Shown here: one piece after another, positions 25,642-36,488 of the stretch | Layout of the letters: every line of letters begins with the position of its first letter | How positions within the stretch are numbered: the first letter of the stretch is position 1 | NCBI GenBank assembly: GCA_964524195.1 | Contig: CAZGCC010000002.1 | Span: 1-48,069, forward strand | Direction of reading: 5' to 3' | Source of the DNA: an uncultured bacterium | GTDB lineage: Bacteria; Omnitrophota; Omnitrophia; Omnitrophales; Aquincolibacteriaceae | DNA: 48,069 bases | Notes under the pieces: model-generated | Told to the model about the DNA's origin: nothing | Database searches by the model: none | The model's input: the letters and a program-made list of their open reading frames with translations, nothing else | Made by a program: the position numbers and the translations under genes

Positions 25642-26562
25642 TTATTCGGCGCCGCTCGACTGCCTGGATTCACGGAGAAAACCGATATTGGTCTTCCACC
25701 CGGGAATGGGCTTGCACCAAAGCTCGAGAAATACTTTTTTCCCGAGGAATCTTTCAATATCGAGGCGCGCGGCAGTCCCGATCTGTTTGATCTTTTCGCC
25801 ACCCTTGCCGATCACGATCGCTTTTTGGGAGTCCCGTTCGACCACGATCGTGGCATGGATCCGGGTGATCTTGGGCTCCTCTTTGAATTCGTCGATGCGC
25901 ACCGCCCCGTCATACGGAAGCTCTTCCCCCAGAAAATGATAGAGTTTTTCACGGATCATTTCCTGCACATGAAAGCGGACATTTTGATCTGAGAGTTGAT
26001 CCTCGGGATAAATGAATTCCCCTTCAGGAAGGTATGCGAGCGTCTGCTGGACCAGGGTCTTGAGATTCTCTCCGGTCTTGGCGCTGATGGGGATGAATTC
26101 TTTGAAATTAAAAACCTTTTGATAGGCATCGAGAGCCACCAGAAGATCATCTTTGGGAAAATGGTCGATCTGATTCACCAAAAGAAAGACCGGGAGGGAA
26201 ACATCCTTCATCCATTTCAGGATCGATCGTTCCGGCTCACCCAAGGATTTCGGGTAAACCATCCAGTAAAGAAGATCCGCATTTGAAAGCGACTCATGGA
26301 CATCGCGGACCATCCCTTCGCCTAAAGCGTCTTTCGGTTGATGGACCCCGGGAGTGTCCAGAAACACGATCTGCCCCCGGTAAGGGCTTTGAAACACGCT
26401 GCCATCCGGAACAGTCAGTATCCCGCGAACAACATCACGCGTAGTTTGAGGCTTCGCCGAGGTGCCGGCTAATTTTTCACCTACCAGATAATTCAGGAGC
26501 GTGGATTTTCCGACATTCGGCCTTCCGATGATCGCAACGCGGCCAACTTTTGTTTCAGACAT
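25642..26562 (-). CDS. era: GTPase Era
   Basis: GRPNVGKSTLLN G1 motif, DTPG, NQID, and a C-terminal KH domain (VVERDSQKAIVIGKGGEKIKQIG). The start at MSETKV has SD GGGGAGA. Confidence 0.9.
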   Translation of the reverse strand: MSETKVGRVAIIGRPNVGKSTLLNYLVGEKLAGTSAKPQTTRDVVRGILTVPDGSVFQSPYRGQIVFLDTPGVHQPKDALGEGMVRDVHESLSNADLLYWMVYPKSLGEPERSILKWMKDVSLPVFLLVNQIDHFPKDDLLVALDAYQKVFNFKEFIPISAKTGENLKTLVQQTLAYLPEGEFIYPEDQLSDQNVRFHVQEMIREKLYHFLGEELPYDGAVRIDEFKEEPKITRIHATIVVERDSQKAIVIGKGGEKIKQIGTAARLDIERFLGKKVFLELWCKPIPGWKTNIGFLRESRQSSGAE

Positions 26563-27772
26563 TTTCATTCTCCCCATTAACATCATTATCCGTTCCGTCT
26601 TTGGCCCCAAAAGGATCCGTCAGGACAGAACCGATCTTGCCCAACCCCGTGAATAACTGGCTCGGCGTGTCCGTCGCAAGCTTCACGGTCCCCTTGATCC
26701 CGGCCTTGGTTTTATTGACAAGACTTTTTTGGAACGCTTTGGTGAATGCGCTCAAGATCCTGAACTTGGGATCGTCAATATCCCCATCGACCCGGATATC
26801 CAGCGCCAGGGTCTTTTGATCTTCCAGGAGAAGCCGGATCGCGCCGAACGGATACTTGAAAAGTTTCTGGGCCGCTGTCGGGGCGGCAAGTTTGATAGCC
26901 TTGAGCGTCAGAAGATGCTCCGACCTCAGATCACCCTCGATACACAAAAGATGCGACTTGAGGTCATAGGTCCCGCCCTGCACTTCTCCGAGGATCCCCG
27001 AAAGCAGGAAGGCATATTCCTCCGCCGAACCGTTCGAGATCAGGACATTGACATCGAAATTATCGCCATCCGCGAACTGGCATTTTCCTTCGCCCTGGAA
27101 AAGGGCCGGCGGATTGGCCCCGAAAGTCCCTTCGAGCTTGATGTATTCGGTAAAGGTCGGGCTGACATAATCGGAAAGAAAATCGAAGCCGGTCCAGTAT
27201 CCTTTCAAATGCTGGAAGATCCACCGTTGTTCTTCGGGCTCGCGGCGGTCATCAAAAATAAGCGTCCCGTTGTCCAATTCCAAGCGGTCGATCCGCACCC
27301 GCCAGGAATCCTCTCCGATATTGTCCGGATGCGGCATGGCACGCGGTGGAAGCGGAGGACCGTCTTCATCCAGCCCCATATTGTGATACCAATGCCAGAC
27401 ATTGGTCCGCGATCCCTGAGGGGTCATATAACTTTCGATCGCAAAGATCACTTCCTTGAAATGAGCTTTGCGGATCCGGATGAATTTATTCTTGAGCACC
27501 CGGAGGTCCAGCTCACAAACAATGTCCCTGCAGGTGAAGTGGTCCCGCCGTCTGAACCCCGAGGGATTTAAGATCACGAGCTCTTTAACGCTCACACGAC
27601 CCAAGAACGGAGAAACACGCATGCCGCTGATATGGACTGGCATATCAAAAACCCGAGTCATGATTTTTTCAAGATAAGGCTCCGCCGCCATGCCAAGCAG
27701 CCGGTCGTGCACCAGGCCCAACGCTGCAAGCACGATCATAACCCACAGAAAAAAACGGATCAATTTTTTCAT
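26555..27772 (-). CDS. Membrane-anchored AsmA/DUF748-like protein, hypothetical
   Basis: An N-terminal TM anchor followed by a long beta-rich periplasmic region. It overlaps both flanking genes. Confidence 0.4.
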   Translation of the reverse strand: MKKLIRFFLWVMIVLAALGLVHDRLLGMAAEPYLEKIMTRVFDMPVHISGMRVSPFLGRVSVKELVILNPSGFRRRDHFTCRDIVCELDLRVLKNKFIRIRKAHFKEVIFAIESYMTPQGSRTNVWHWYHNMGLDEDGPPLPPRAMPHPDNIGEDSWRVRIDRLELDNGTLIFDDRREPEEQRWIFQHLKGYWTGFDFLSDYVSPTFTEYIKLEGTFGANPPALFQGEGKCQFADGDNFDVNVLISNGSAEEYAFLLSGILGEVQGGTYDLKSHLLCIEGDLRSEHLLTLKAIKLAAPTAAQKLFKYPFGAIRLLLEDQKTLALDIRVDGDIDDPKFRILSAFTKAFQKSLVNKTKAGIKGTVKLATDTPSQLFTGLGKIGSVLTDPFGAKDGTDNDVNGENENV

Positions 27773-28785
27773 CGAGGATTCAACCCTTTTTGAAATATCT
27801 CTTCGTTAGCATAAAGGCTTTCCCATCGGCTGACGGTTTCCCGGTCGAGGGAGGGCTTCAAAGAAGCCGCCACATTTTCAAGCACTTGGGCTTTCGTTTT
27901 CGCGCCGGGGATCACCGTAGAGACCGCCTCAAACGCGAGTATAAATTCTAACGCCGCTTGAGACAATGAGGAAGTCTCGCCGCCCAGTTCCTTCTGGATT
28001 CGCTGGATCTTTTGCCAGTCCGCTTCCCGTTTTTCACGAACCCATCTCCGGCGATGATCATCCTTGGGGAATTCATGTTCCGGACCGTACTTCCCCGACA
28101 AAAGACCCGAAGCCAGCGGCTCCCGGGCTACGATCCCGACACCCTTCTCCAGAGCTTCCGGAAAAACCTTCTTCGCCATCCGCTGATCCAGAAGGTTGAA
28201 GATGACCTGGAGCGATTCGACGCGAGAGTCTTCTAACGCCGTAAGCGCTTCCGCTTCCGTATGAACCGAGATCCCGATACAACGGATCTTTCCTTCCTTT
28301 TTAAGTTTCTCCAGAACCCCCACGATCTCTTTTTCACGGATCAGCTCCAAAGGAGGGTTGTGAAGCTGGTAAAGATCGATCGCTTCCACCCCGAGACGGC
28401 GAAGGCTCTGTTCGCAAGCGAACCGGATATAGGCGGGATCAAAATTCTTTTTGTGACCCGTGTGATTCAGATGGGAGGAACATCCTTTTTGGGAGGAAGC
28501 GGGCTTTGCATTCGCGGGATAGAAGTCCCATCCAGCTTTTGTGGCAACGATTTTTTTATCGCGCGGCTTGCTCTTTAAAAACTTTCCGATCAAAACCTCA
28601 CTATGCCCTTCCCCGTAGATATCTGCCGTATCAAAAAAATTCACCCCCGAATCCCAGGCCGTTTCTAAAGCTTCCAGGGAATCTTCATCCCGGACCTTGC
28701 CGTAGCTCCCGCCGCCGATCGCCCAGCAGCCAAAACCGATCTCGGAAATTCCCAAACCCGTTCTTCCAAGAAGGCGCTCTTTCAT
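27769..28785 (-). CDS. Aldo/keto reductase
   Basis: GFGCWAIGG, FFDTADIYG and LYQLHNP motifs. Confidence 0.85.
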   Translation of the reverse strand: MKERLLGRTGLGISEIGFGCWAIGGGSYGKVRDEDSLEALETAWDSGVNFFDTADIYGEGHSEVLIGKFLKSKPRDKKIVATKAGWDFYPANAKPASSQKGCSSHLNHTGHKKNFDPAYIRFACEQSLRRLGVEAIDLYQLHNPPLELIREKEIVGVLEKLKKEGKIRCIGISVHTEAEALTALEDSRVESLQVIFNLLDQRMAKKVFPEALEKGVGIVAREPLASGLLSGKYGPEHEFPKDDHRRRWVREKREADWQKIQRIQKELGGETSSLSQAALEFILAFEAVSTVIPGAKTKAQVLENVAASLKPSLDRETVSRWESLYANEEIFQKGLNPR

Positions 28786-28845
28786 AGACGGGAGGAAGCC
28801 CTGAGAACCGGCTGTTTAAAAAAGGAGAGAGAGACGATAGGATTT

Positions 28846-29175
28846 TTATTTCGGGAAAAGTTCGTCAATGGCCTTCTGGATCTTGTCTTGGGACTGAAAG
28901 CCGACCATTTGTTTCGCCACTTCGCCCTTATTGAAAAAAATGACCGTGGGGATGCCCTGAATACCGTATTTCTGGGGCGTATCCGGGTTTTCATCTACAT
29001 TCATTTTTCCGACCACAAGGCGGCCGGTGTTGGCCGCGGCGATCTTTTCGATCACAGGACCGAGCATCCGGCAGGGACCGCACCACTCGGCCCAAAAATC
29101 GACCAAGGTGGGCTGTTGGGACTGGAGCACTTCGGATTGGAAATTTGCATCGGTCAGGACCTTTTCTTTGCTCAT
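28846..29175 (-). CDS. trxA: Thioredoxin
   Basis: WAEWCGPCR active site; 109 aa. Confidence 0.95.
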   Translation of the reverse strand: MSKEKVLTDANFQSEVLQSQQPTLVDFWAEWCGPCRMLGPVIEKIAAANTGRLVVGKMNVDENPDTPQKYGIQGIPTVIFFNKGEVAKQMVGFQSQDKIQKAIDELFPK

Positions 29176-29229
29176 GGAATGGCTCCTCTAGGTGGAAAAT
29201 AATGACGAAATTGAACTCAACGGAGCTGT

Positions 29230-29258
29230 ACTATACACCCAACAGGAAACTCTGTCCA
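29230..29258 (-). promoter_or_regulatory. Candidate sigma70 promoter of trxA
   Basis: The minus strand reads TGGACA-17 nt-TATAGT, about 55 nt upstream of the trxA ATG. Confidence 0.4.
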
Positions 29259-29286
29259 CACAGCCCGAAAGCACCCCTTGAAAGGA

Positions 29287-31077
29287 TCACTCTTCCTTGC
29301 GGGAAGAATCTTTGCCCTCTTCGTTTTCCACGCAAGTCCGGTTCCTTCCCCCCGTCTTCGCGCGATAGAGCGCTTCATCCGCCCGGTGCACCATAAGATC
29401 CGGGACCGTTTCGCCGGGATGCAGCGTCGCGGCGCCCGCGCTGATCGTTAGAGGGATCTTGACGCCTTCATACTCGACCACTTCTTCTTCGATCGCCTTG
29501 CGGATCCTCTCGGCATAATTAAAGGCAGCCTCGACCAGGGTGCGCTGTTTCAACATGACCATGAACTCTTCCCCGCCGTAACGACCTACCACATTTTTTT
29601 CTGTTTTTTCGCCCTCATCCCTGGACGCTTTTTGCATAACCTGCGCCACGCGCCTGAGCGCCACATCGCCCGCCATGTGCCCATACCGGTCGTTAATGTT
29701 CTTGAAATGATCCAAATCGAAAATAAGCAGCGAAAGCGGCGCTCCTGTTCTGCCGGCCTCCAGAGCGGCCTGGTTGAGAAGAGTACGGAAATGACGGATC
29801 ACATAGAGTCCGGTAAGACCATCCCGTGTCGCCAAATTAAAGAGCCGTTCTTGTTCCTTTTTCCCGATCGTGAGCGAAAACACCGCGGTGAAGACAAAGA
29901 GCGAGAAGATCAAAAGAAGCGGGTTCATGACATAGACCCAAACCCCTAATTTCAAAAAGATCCCGTAAGCCGCCGCGACCCATGCCAATCCCATGACCAA
30001 TCCGACAATAAAAGAAAGCGTTCCTCTGGAGAAAAAGAAAAAGAGCGAGCCCAAAAGTCCGAGCAGCGCCAGCACAAACAGGTTCCAGCTTTTTGGAGCC
30101 GGGCGAATGTATTGACCGGTCAAAATCCCGTTCATGATATTGGTCTGGACCCCGACCGCCGGATAGGCCTCTTCCATCGGATTCGCCTTGATATCCGTCA
30201 AGCCCATGGCCGTAAGACCGATCACACAGATCTTTCCCTGGATCTTGTCCGGCGTGATGAGCGGCGTCCGCCCCTCCCGGATATCAGCAAAACTTTTTAT
30301 CAGGTCCCGGAACGAATAGTGCTGAAAAGAATCCTTCCATTTCCCCACCCAGTTGATGAAGATCCTTCCCTGGGAATCCGTGGGGATTTCAAGCTTCCCC
30401 TTGGATAAAGGTTTGCCAAGATAGTCAAACGCGACTTTAGCGCCAAGATAGGCAAAAGATTCGCCGCCATATTCGGCCACGGGAACCACACGCCGGATCG
30501 TTCCATCGCGATCCGGGGAAATATTGATATGGCCTATTCCCTTCGCGGACTTTTCCAATTCGGGCATGGAATGAACCCAGGACTGTCCTCCTTTTCCTGT
30601 CGATTCAAGCATGACTGGCATGTAAACATTCCCTGCTCCCCGGATCGCTTGAGCGAAAGACTCATCGTCAAAAGTGGTGCTGGGTTCGCTGAAGATGGCA
30701 TCAAAAACGATCGCCTTGGCGCCCCATTCTTTGAGGATATGCACCATCGCCGCGTGATTATGCCGCGGCCACGGCCACCGGCCAAACGCCTGAAGACTGT
30801 CCTCCGCCATATCGATATGCACGATCGCCGGATGCATCGCAATGGGAGGCCTTTGACGGAAAAAAAAGTCGACAAAAACATTCTCAAAGCGTTCCATAAG
30901 CGGGGTAGCCATCATCAACATAAAAAATACGATGATCAGAAGACAGCAGCCGAAGTGGATCAGATGCAACCGGAAGGTTGTGATGAAATAAAAGGAAAGT
31001 TCGCGCTGCTTGCGCCTGAAATAGCTTTCAGGCGCTTGAATAAGCCCGGCTGGAGGATTTTTTAGCGTTGGGACCAT
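29287..31077 (-). CDS. CHASE2 sensor domain / diguanylate cyclase (GGDEF)
   Basis: N-terminal TM, a periplasmic CHASE2-like region and three more TM segments. C-terminal GGDEF domain with RYGGEEF and a DRYGH motif. Confidence 0.8.
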   Translation of the reverse strand: MVPTLKNPPAGLIQAPESYFRRKQRELSFYFITTFRLHLIHFGCCLLIIVFFMLMMATPLMERFENVFVDFFFRQRPPIAMHPAIVHIDMAEDSLQAFGRWPWPRHNHAAMVHILKEWGAKAIVFDAIFSEPSTTFDDESFAQAIRGAGNVYMPVMLESTGKGGQSWVHSMPELEKSAKGIGHINISPDRDGTIRRVVPVAEYGGESFAYLGAKVAFDYLGKPLSKGKLEIPTDSQGRIFINWVGKWKDSFQHYSFRDLIKSFADIREGRTPLITPDKIQGKICVIGLTAMGLTDIKANPMEEAYPAVGVQTNIMNGILTGQYIRPAPKSWNLFVLALLGLLGSLFFFFSRGTLSFIVGLVMGLAWVAAAYGIFLKLGVWVYVMNPLLLIFSLFVFTAVFSLTIGKKEQERLFNLATRDGLTGLYVIRHFRTLLNQAALEAGRTGAPLSLLIFDLDHFKNINDRYGHMAGDVALRRVAQVMQKASRDEGEKTEKNVVGRYGGEEFMVMLKQRTLVEAAFNYAERIRKAIEEEVVEYEGVKIPLTISAGAATLHPGETVPDLMVHRADEALYRAKTGGRNRTCVENEEGKDSSRKEE

Positions 31078-31139
31078 AAGTCGTTTACCGGATACTTCCT
31101 GTTCTGGGTTGCTTCCCTTGGAATTTGGAACTCACAACG

Positions 31140-31820
31140 CTAAACTCTAAACTTATTCCCTTTTCGCCGCAAGCCCTGTTTTCCAGCCGAGGGGCAAAGC
31201 GTTTGGATCTCGCAATGCACGCAGTCGGGCCGGCGAGCCACGCAGCGCACGCGGCCGTGATGAATCACAAGGTGCGAGAAAAGCGTCCAGTCTTGCCGGG
31301 GCACCAATTCCTGAAGATCGAATTCGATCCTTACAGGATCCGCATGCTGTGTCAAACCCAGCAAGCGATTAAGACGGATCATATGCGTATCGATCGAGAG
31401 TCCGGGGACCCCGAAAGCGTTCCCCAAGATCACATTGGCCGTCTTTCGCCCCACCCCGGGAATCGTTACAAGATCCTCCATCCTCGGAGGTACTTTTCCT
31501 CCAAATCTTTCAAGCACCGTTTTTGCAGCGCCCATAATATTCCGGGTTTTATTCCTGTAAAAACCAGTGCTATGGATCGCCCGCTCAACCTCCCGGGGAT
31601 CCGCGGATGCGAACGCTTCCGGGCCCGGGTATTTTTTAAAGAGAGCCGGCGTCACTTGGTTCACCAGCCTGTCGGTGCACTGGGCCGAAAGGACTGTCGC
31701 GACCAAAAGCTCCCAGGGCGTTGAAAAGTGAATGGCACACTGGATATCCGGATAGATCTTATTGAGACGCCGGAGAACGGCGCGGGCGCGCTTCTTGAGC
31801 GCTGCTGTTTTCTTATTCAT
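31140..31820 (-). CDS. nth: Endonuclease III
   Basis: HhH-GPD motif LVTIPGVGRKTANVIL, catalytic SIDTH, and Fe-S cluster CVARRPDCVHCEIQTLC. Confidence 0.9.
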   Translation of the reverse strand: MNKKTAALKKRARAVLRRLNKIYPDIQCAIHFSTPWELLVATVLSAQCTDRLVNQVTPALFKKYPGPEAFASADPREVERAIHSTGFYRNKTRNIMGAAKTVLERFGGKVPPRMEDLVTIPGVGRKTANVILGNAFGVPGLSIDTHMIRLNRLLGLTQHADPVRIEFDLQELVPRQDWTLFSHLVIHHGRVRCVARRPDCVHCEIQTLCPSAGKQGLRRKGNKFRV

Positions 31821-32056
31821 GTTTTATTATAACAGTTTCCCCGAGAACATTGTAAGGCCCGCCTGTTTTCGATATACTCCCCGTGACCCTATTTTTTATG
31901 ATGGCCGATGAAGATTGCCGCGCCAGATAAGCTCATCTTAAAACCTGAAGTCGTGAGAGCAGAGACTTGAAACTCAAAATCCAACATAACAAGACATGGT
32001 TCCGATTTTTTTTTTGAAGTCTGTGGTCCCATGCCCCGGGTCTCTGGCCTGACACG

Positions 32057-32953
32057 ATGAAAAGATCCAGGCTCTATCTCTCCGGAATCCGCCTCATGTC
32101 CCTGAGCGCCGTCGCCTTCTCGCTTATGGCGCTTTGCGTCAAATTCGTCACCGAGACCCTCCCCCCGTTTGAAATAGTTTTCTTCCGGAGTTTTTTTGGA
32201 ATGCTTCTGGTCCTTCCTTTGATGCGGCGCAAAAAGACTTCCCTTTGGGGCCATGAACGGCTGAAACTCACTCTCCGCGGCGTCAGCGGCTGTCTGGCGC
32301 TGCTTCTTCATTTCTACACGATCTCAAAACTTGAACTCGGGATGGCCGTGATGCTCAACTATACCGCGCCGATCTTCGCGGTGATCTTTGCGGTCTTTTT
32401 CCTCAAGGAAAAGCCGGGCCTTCCTGTCTGGGGATTGATCTTTCTATCCTTCGCGGGGGTCGTCCTTCTCAACGCGAACACGAGTATGACCTGGCGGCCT
32501 GAAGTGTGGCTTGCCCTTCTCTCTTCGGTTTTTGCGGCGATCGCCTATGTATCGATCCGCACGATCAAGCACCGCGAATCGCCTCTTACGGTGATCTTCT
32601 ACTTCACGATGATCTCGACCGTGGGTTCTCTTTTCTTTTTGCATGGCTGGAAATGGCCCCACTTGGGCGAATGGCTGCTAGTCGCGGGGGTGGTGATCTT
32701 TTCGTTCTACGGACAGCTCTGGATGACCACTTCGCTGAGACGCGCCCCATCCTATCTCGTCACTCCATTCCAGTATTTACACCCGGTGCTTTCATTTATT
32801 TATGGATGGCTGCTCTGGGGAAATCCGGTCACGGGAACGGTCGCGGCAGGGATCTTCCTGATCGTCGGAAGCGGCTCCGGGATCTCCTTTTTGAGTACCC
32901 GGGTCAAACCTGAGAAAAAACTCCCCACGCTTCCCAGCGAAACTTCTCTCTGA
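32057..32953 (+). CDS. EamA/DMT-family transporter
   Basis: Ten TM segments in two EamA-like halves; 298 aa. Confidence 0.75.
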   Translation: MKRSRLYLSGIRLMSLSAVAFSLMALCVKFVTETLPPFEIVFFRSFFGMLLVLPLMRRKKTSLWGHERLKLTLRGVSGCLALLLHFYTISKLELGMAVMLNYTAPIFAVIFAVFFLKEKPGLPVWGLIFLSFAGVVLLNANTSMTWRPEVWLALLSSVFAAIAYVSIRTIKHRESPLTVIFYFTMISTVGSLFFLHGWKWPHLGEWLLVAGVVIFSFYGQLWMTTSLRRAPSYLVTPFQYLHPVLSFIYGWLLWGNPVTGTVAAGIFLIVGSGSGISFLSTRVKPEKKLPTLPSETSL

Positions 32954-32965
32954 GGCTAAAGACAC

Positions 32966-32995
32966 AAGGGGCCTCTCCTTTCAGAGAGGCCCCTT
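32966..32995. terminator. Bidirectional hairpin between convergent genes
   Basis: Perfect 12-bp stem AAGGGGCCTCTC/GAGAGGCCCCTT with a 6-nt loop. Confidence 0.6.
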
Positions 32996-33005
32996 GAAAA
33001 ATACT

Positions 33006-33815
33006 TTATACTGTCTTTGCGTCCTTGTCCGTAACCTTGAACGCAAAAAACATATATCCCAGGTTGATCAATAATCCCGCCCAGAGAGGCAGCACACGCG
33101 CAGCGGTCATCAAAAGGACCCAAGTCGGGACAAAAGCCGCTGAAGCGCCAAAACATGCCAGGTTAAAAATAGCGCCGTACCGAAGCTTGTTCTGGCGGAG
33201 CAAATTGAACAAAAGACCCGCAAGCGAGTAAAAAAGATTTGTGATCAGAAGGAACATGAACAAGATGGGCAACAACAAAAAGGGCACCACAAAGGCCATC
33301 GAATTCTTGATATTCTGAAAGAGCTTCTTCGCAACGCCTCCATCAATGCGGACCCTCGGCGGAAGCTGCTGCTTCGAGCGCATCCCGGCCGCTGTAATAT
33401 CCCGTTCTTCGATCTGCCCGGGCGCCCGTTTCAAAAAAACTTTCTGCGCCGTTACGAGAAGATAGGTATTATCCATATCGTCCGGCATTACCGTCGTTTT
33501 GGTCATATCAAAAACAGCGATCGTTCCGAGCTGAGGATGCGTCAGTTTTGCGGTAGTTTGACCGTTCTCAAGACTTAGGCCCGCGGGGGTCCAGATCATC
33601 ACAGGCATATTGTTTTGCGTCCAATCCGCAAACGCATTGACCTGAGGCATGGCCTTGAAGGAAATCACTATCATGATCAGCACGACCGAAAGCGCGGCGA
33701 CATAAAGCGAGTAGAGGACACCCCGGCCGGCGGAACTCTGGGTGGCATCGCGATAAACGCGCGGGCTAAAGAGCACGGTGACAGGCGCGGTAAGAAATGC
33801 GAGTGTTTTATTCAT
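33006..33815 (-). CDS. DUF1189-like membrane protein
   Basis: The N-terminal FSPRVYRD...GVLYSLYVAAL pattern and multiple TM segments fit DUF1189. It overlaps greA by 8 nt. Confidence 0.5.
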   Translation of the reverse strand: MNKTLAFLTAPVTVLFSPRVYRDATQSSAGRGVLYSLYVAALSVVLIMIVISFKAMPQVNAFADWTQNNMPVMIWTPAGLSLENGQTTAKLTHPQLGTIAVFDMTKTTVMPDDMDNTYLLVTAQKVFLKRAPGQIEERDITAAGMRSKQQLPPRVRIDGGVAKKLFQNIKNSMAFVVPFLLLPILFMFLLITNLFYSLAGLLFNLLRQNKLRYGAIFNLACFGASAAFVPTWVLLMTAARVLPLWAGLLINLGYMFFAFKVTDKDAKTV

Positions 33816-34284
33816 AAAGGATCTCCATGATTTTGAGTTTGATCTTCCCTGCCGGAACTTGAATGACGGTTTCTTCGTTTAAAGCTTTCCCCAGAATGCC
33901 GCGACCGATCGGTGAGGTCACCGAGATCTTCCCTTCGTCAAAATTCGCCTCATCCTGAGACACGAGCGTGTAATCAAAAATATCTCCGCTATCGAGATTT
34001 TTCACTTTAACCTTGGCGCTCAGATAGGCCTTATCCTGGGCAATATCACCTTTGGTGAGAATTTGAGCGTTCGAAAGCCGGGCCTCCAATTGACCGATCC
34101 GGATCTCCAGCTGATGTTTGGTCTCCTTGGCGGTTTCCCAGTCAGCATTCTCGCTGAGGTCGCCGTGCGCCCGGGCCTTTTCAAGCTGGTCGGCCACTTC
34201 CCGGCGCTTCTTCGTCTTGAGGAAATTAAGCTCCTCGTAAAGTTTGTCGTAACCTTGCTGGGTTAAAATAACTTTTCCGTTCAT
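33808..34284 (-). CDS. greA: Transcription elongation factor GreA
   Basis: LTQQGYDKLYEELNFLK...GDLSENADWETAKE coiled-coil motif plus a C-terminal FKBP-like domain. Confidence 0.9.
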   Translation of the reverse strand: MNGKVILTQQGYDKLYEELNFLKTKKRREVADQLEKARAHGDLSENADWETAKETKHQLEIRIGQLEARLSNAQILTKGDIAQDKAYLSAKVKVKNLDSGDIFDYTLVSQDEANFDEGKISVTSPIGRGILGKALNEETVIQVPAGKIKLKIMEILYE

Positions 34285-35405
34285 TGTAATGAGACCCCCT
34301 GAATTTCATGAAATTGATAAGAACTGTCCACGCGGCAAGGCTCGTATCCCGCGTCCTTGATGCATCGGACAAGGTCGTCAGAACTTAACCCCTCCGGAGC
34401 CCGGCTTCCCGCTTCATGCATGACTTTTTCGTAAAGGTTCGTTCCGCCTGCGTCATCAATGCCAAATGAGAGAGCGGCCTGGACAAATTTCAGACCCGTT
34501 GCGGCTCCGTGAACCTTGATATGAGGGATATTATCCAGAAGAAGACGGGAAATGGAAAGAACTTTAAGGCCCAGGTATCCCGTCGTTTCCCCTGATCCGC
34601 TTTCGGTTCCCGCACCCAAAGTCGACTTCGGGAGTCGACCCGGGTTCCGGAACGGGAGAGGAACGAACGCCAGGAACCCTTTTGTTTCATCCTGAAGCTC
34701 CCGCAACTTCAAAAGGTGCGCGACACGATGTTCCGGGGTTTCAAAATGCCCATAAAGCATGGTCGCGTTGGTTTTGAGACCTGCTCCGTGCGCGGTCCGG
34801 TGGATCTGAATCCACTCCTCACCGGATATTTTTTGAGGACAAATTTTATTCCGGATCGAAGGTTCAAAGATCTCGGCCCCTCCGCCCGGCATTCCATTCA
34901 ACCCGGCCTCCTTGAGTTGACGCAATACCTCAGCCCATGAACGGCCTGCCTTTTTTGCGAGGTCATCAATCTCCGTGGCGCTGAAAGCCTTGATAAAAAG
35001 TTTCGGCCCAAGAGCCCGGATCCGCCGGATCATTTCAAGATAGTGATCAAAGCCGAGGGCCGGATTATGCCCCCCCACGATATGAACTTCATTGATCTGA
35101 AAACGGTCCAGCGCTTCGCGGATCTTTTTTTCGATCTCCTCATGCGTCATCGCATAGGCGTCCGGAGCTGAAGCATCCCTGAAAAAAGAGCAAAAAGCGC
35201 AACGGGTTGAACAAATATTGGTAGGATTGAGATGAAGGTTGACCGCGTAAAACGCGCGACGGCCATGCAGCTTTTCGCGGACTTGCTGCGCCATCTTACC
35301 GATCGCAAGGATATCCGTGCTTTTAAAAAGCTCCAGCCCGTCTTCCCCCGAGAACCGCTGACCCGCTTTTAGTTTGAGTTGAATATTTTGAAGAGGATCG
35401 GTCAT
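34281..35405 (-). CDS. Radical SAM enzyme of the futalosine menaquinone pathway (MqnE/MqnC family)
   Basis: NPTNICSTRCAFCSF radical SAM cluster motif with CofH/MqnE-like overall layout. I cannot separate MqnE from MqnC by eye. Confidence 0.65.
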   Translation of the reverse strand: MTDPLQNIQLKLKAGQRFSGEDGLELFKSTDILAIGKMAQQVREKLHGRRAFYAVNLHLNPTNICSTRCAFCSFFRDASAPDAYAMTHEEIEKKIREALDRFQINEVHIVGGHNPALGFDHYLEMIRRIRALGPKLFIKAFSATEIDDLAKKAGRSWAEVLRQLKEAGLNGMPGGGAEIFEPSIRNKICPQKISGEEWIQIHRTAHGAGLKTNATMLYGHFETPEHRVAHLLKLRELQDETKGFLAFVPLPFRNPGRLPKSTLGAGTESGSGETTGYLGLKVLSISRLLLDNIPHIKVHGAATGLKFVQAALSFGIDDAGGTNLYEKVMHEAGSRAPEGLSSDDLVRCIKDAGYEPCRVDSSYQFHEIQGVSLQ

Positions 35406-35414
35406 CAGAAAATC

Positions 35415-36488
35415 TTATTGAAGCGAGACGCGCTTTTCGATCTCTTTAAAAAGCTCGTCCACAAGGTGGGCCTCATCGACCACGCGTTCCTGCTTGCCAG
35501 CCACATAGATCATGCCCTTCTTCTGACCGCCGGTGATCGCAAAATCCGCCCCTTGCGCTTCTCCGGGTCCGTTCACCGCACATCCCATGACCGCAATCGT
35601 GAGAGGCCCTTTGAGTTTCATAGCGCGGGATTCAACTTCTTGAGCCAGCTTGGCAGTGTCGATCTCGGTACGGCCGCAGGTCGGGCACGAGATCACGCGC
35701 ACACCCTGCCGGAGGTCCAAAGATTCGAGGATCATCTTGGCGACTTTCACTTCCTCGACTGGATCCGCCGTGAGCGACACGCGGATCGTATCTCCGATTC
35801 CCTCCTGAAGCAGTGTCCCGACCCCGATCGCGTTATAAACACTGCCACGGATGAGCGTCCCCGCCTCGGTCACACCCAGATGAAGCGGGTAATCGAACTT
35901 TTGACTCGCCAAGCGGTATGCTTCGATCATGGTCGGCACATCGGTCGCCTTAAGCGAGATCACCGTATCATGAAAATCAAGTTCCTCCAGGATCGCTACA
36001 TGCCGCCGGGCGCTTTCGACCAAGGCTTCCGGAGTGGGCCCGTATTTTTCCATCAGATCCTTTTCAAGAGACCCGGAATTAACCCCGATCCGGATTGGAA
36101 TGTGGTACCGTTTGGCTTTTTCCACGACTTCCGCCACACGGGCCTTGTCCCCGATATTCCCGGGGTTCAAACGCAATTTATCCACACCTTCGTCGATCGC
36201 CATCAAGGCAAACCGGTAATTGAAATGAATATCCGCCACAAGCGGGATCTTGATCCTGGATCTGATCTTCCCGAGCGCTTTGACATCTTCCTCACCGGGG
36301 CATGCCACGCGAACGATCTCGCAACCAGACTCCACCAAGCGGTCGATCTGTTCGAGCGTGGCCGGGACATTCCGCGTCGGGACTTTGGTCATGGATTGGA
36401 TGCGGATCGGTTGGCCTGCCCCAAGAACGAGGGCTCCGACCTTAACAGCTCTTGTTTTTTTTCTCGGGATCGAACTGTTTTTTTTCAT
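35415..36488 (-). CDS. ispG: 4-hydroxy-3-methylbut-2-en-1-yl diphosphate synthase IspG
   Basis: [16 protein letters not shown] and SCPTCGR motifs. The start ATG at 36488 overlaps the thiC stop (ATGA). Confidence 0.9.
   Translation of the reverse strand: MKKNSSIPRKKTRAVKVGALVLGAGQPIRIQSMTKVPTRNVPATLEQIDRLVESGCEIVRVACPGEEDVKALGKIRSRIKIPLVADIHFNYRFALMAIDEGVDKLRLNPGNIGDKARVAEVVEKAKRYHIPIRIGVNSGSLEKDLMEKYGPTPEALVESARRHVAILEELDFHDTVISLKATDVPTMIEAYRLASQKFDYPLHLGVTEAGTLIRGSVYNAIGVGTLLQEGIGDTIRVSLTADPVEEVKVAKMILESLDLRQGVRVISCPTCGRTEIDTAKLAQEVESRAMKLKGPLTIAVMGCAVNGPGEAQGADFAITGGQKKGMIYVAGKQERVVDEAHLVDELFKEIEKRVSLQ

Noticed and set aside
31889-32311. 140-aa minus-strand ORF in the nth/eamA divergent region
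   Set aside because: It overlaps the well-supported EamA transporter start, and has no SD and no recognisable motifs. The 236-nt intergenic region has an imperfect long-range pairing (CAGAGACTTGAAA/TTTGAAGTCTGTG, two G-G mismatches) that I judged too weak to call an RNA gene.
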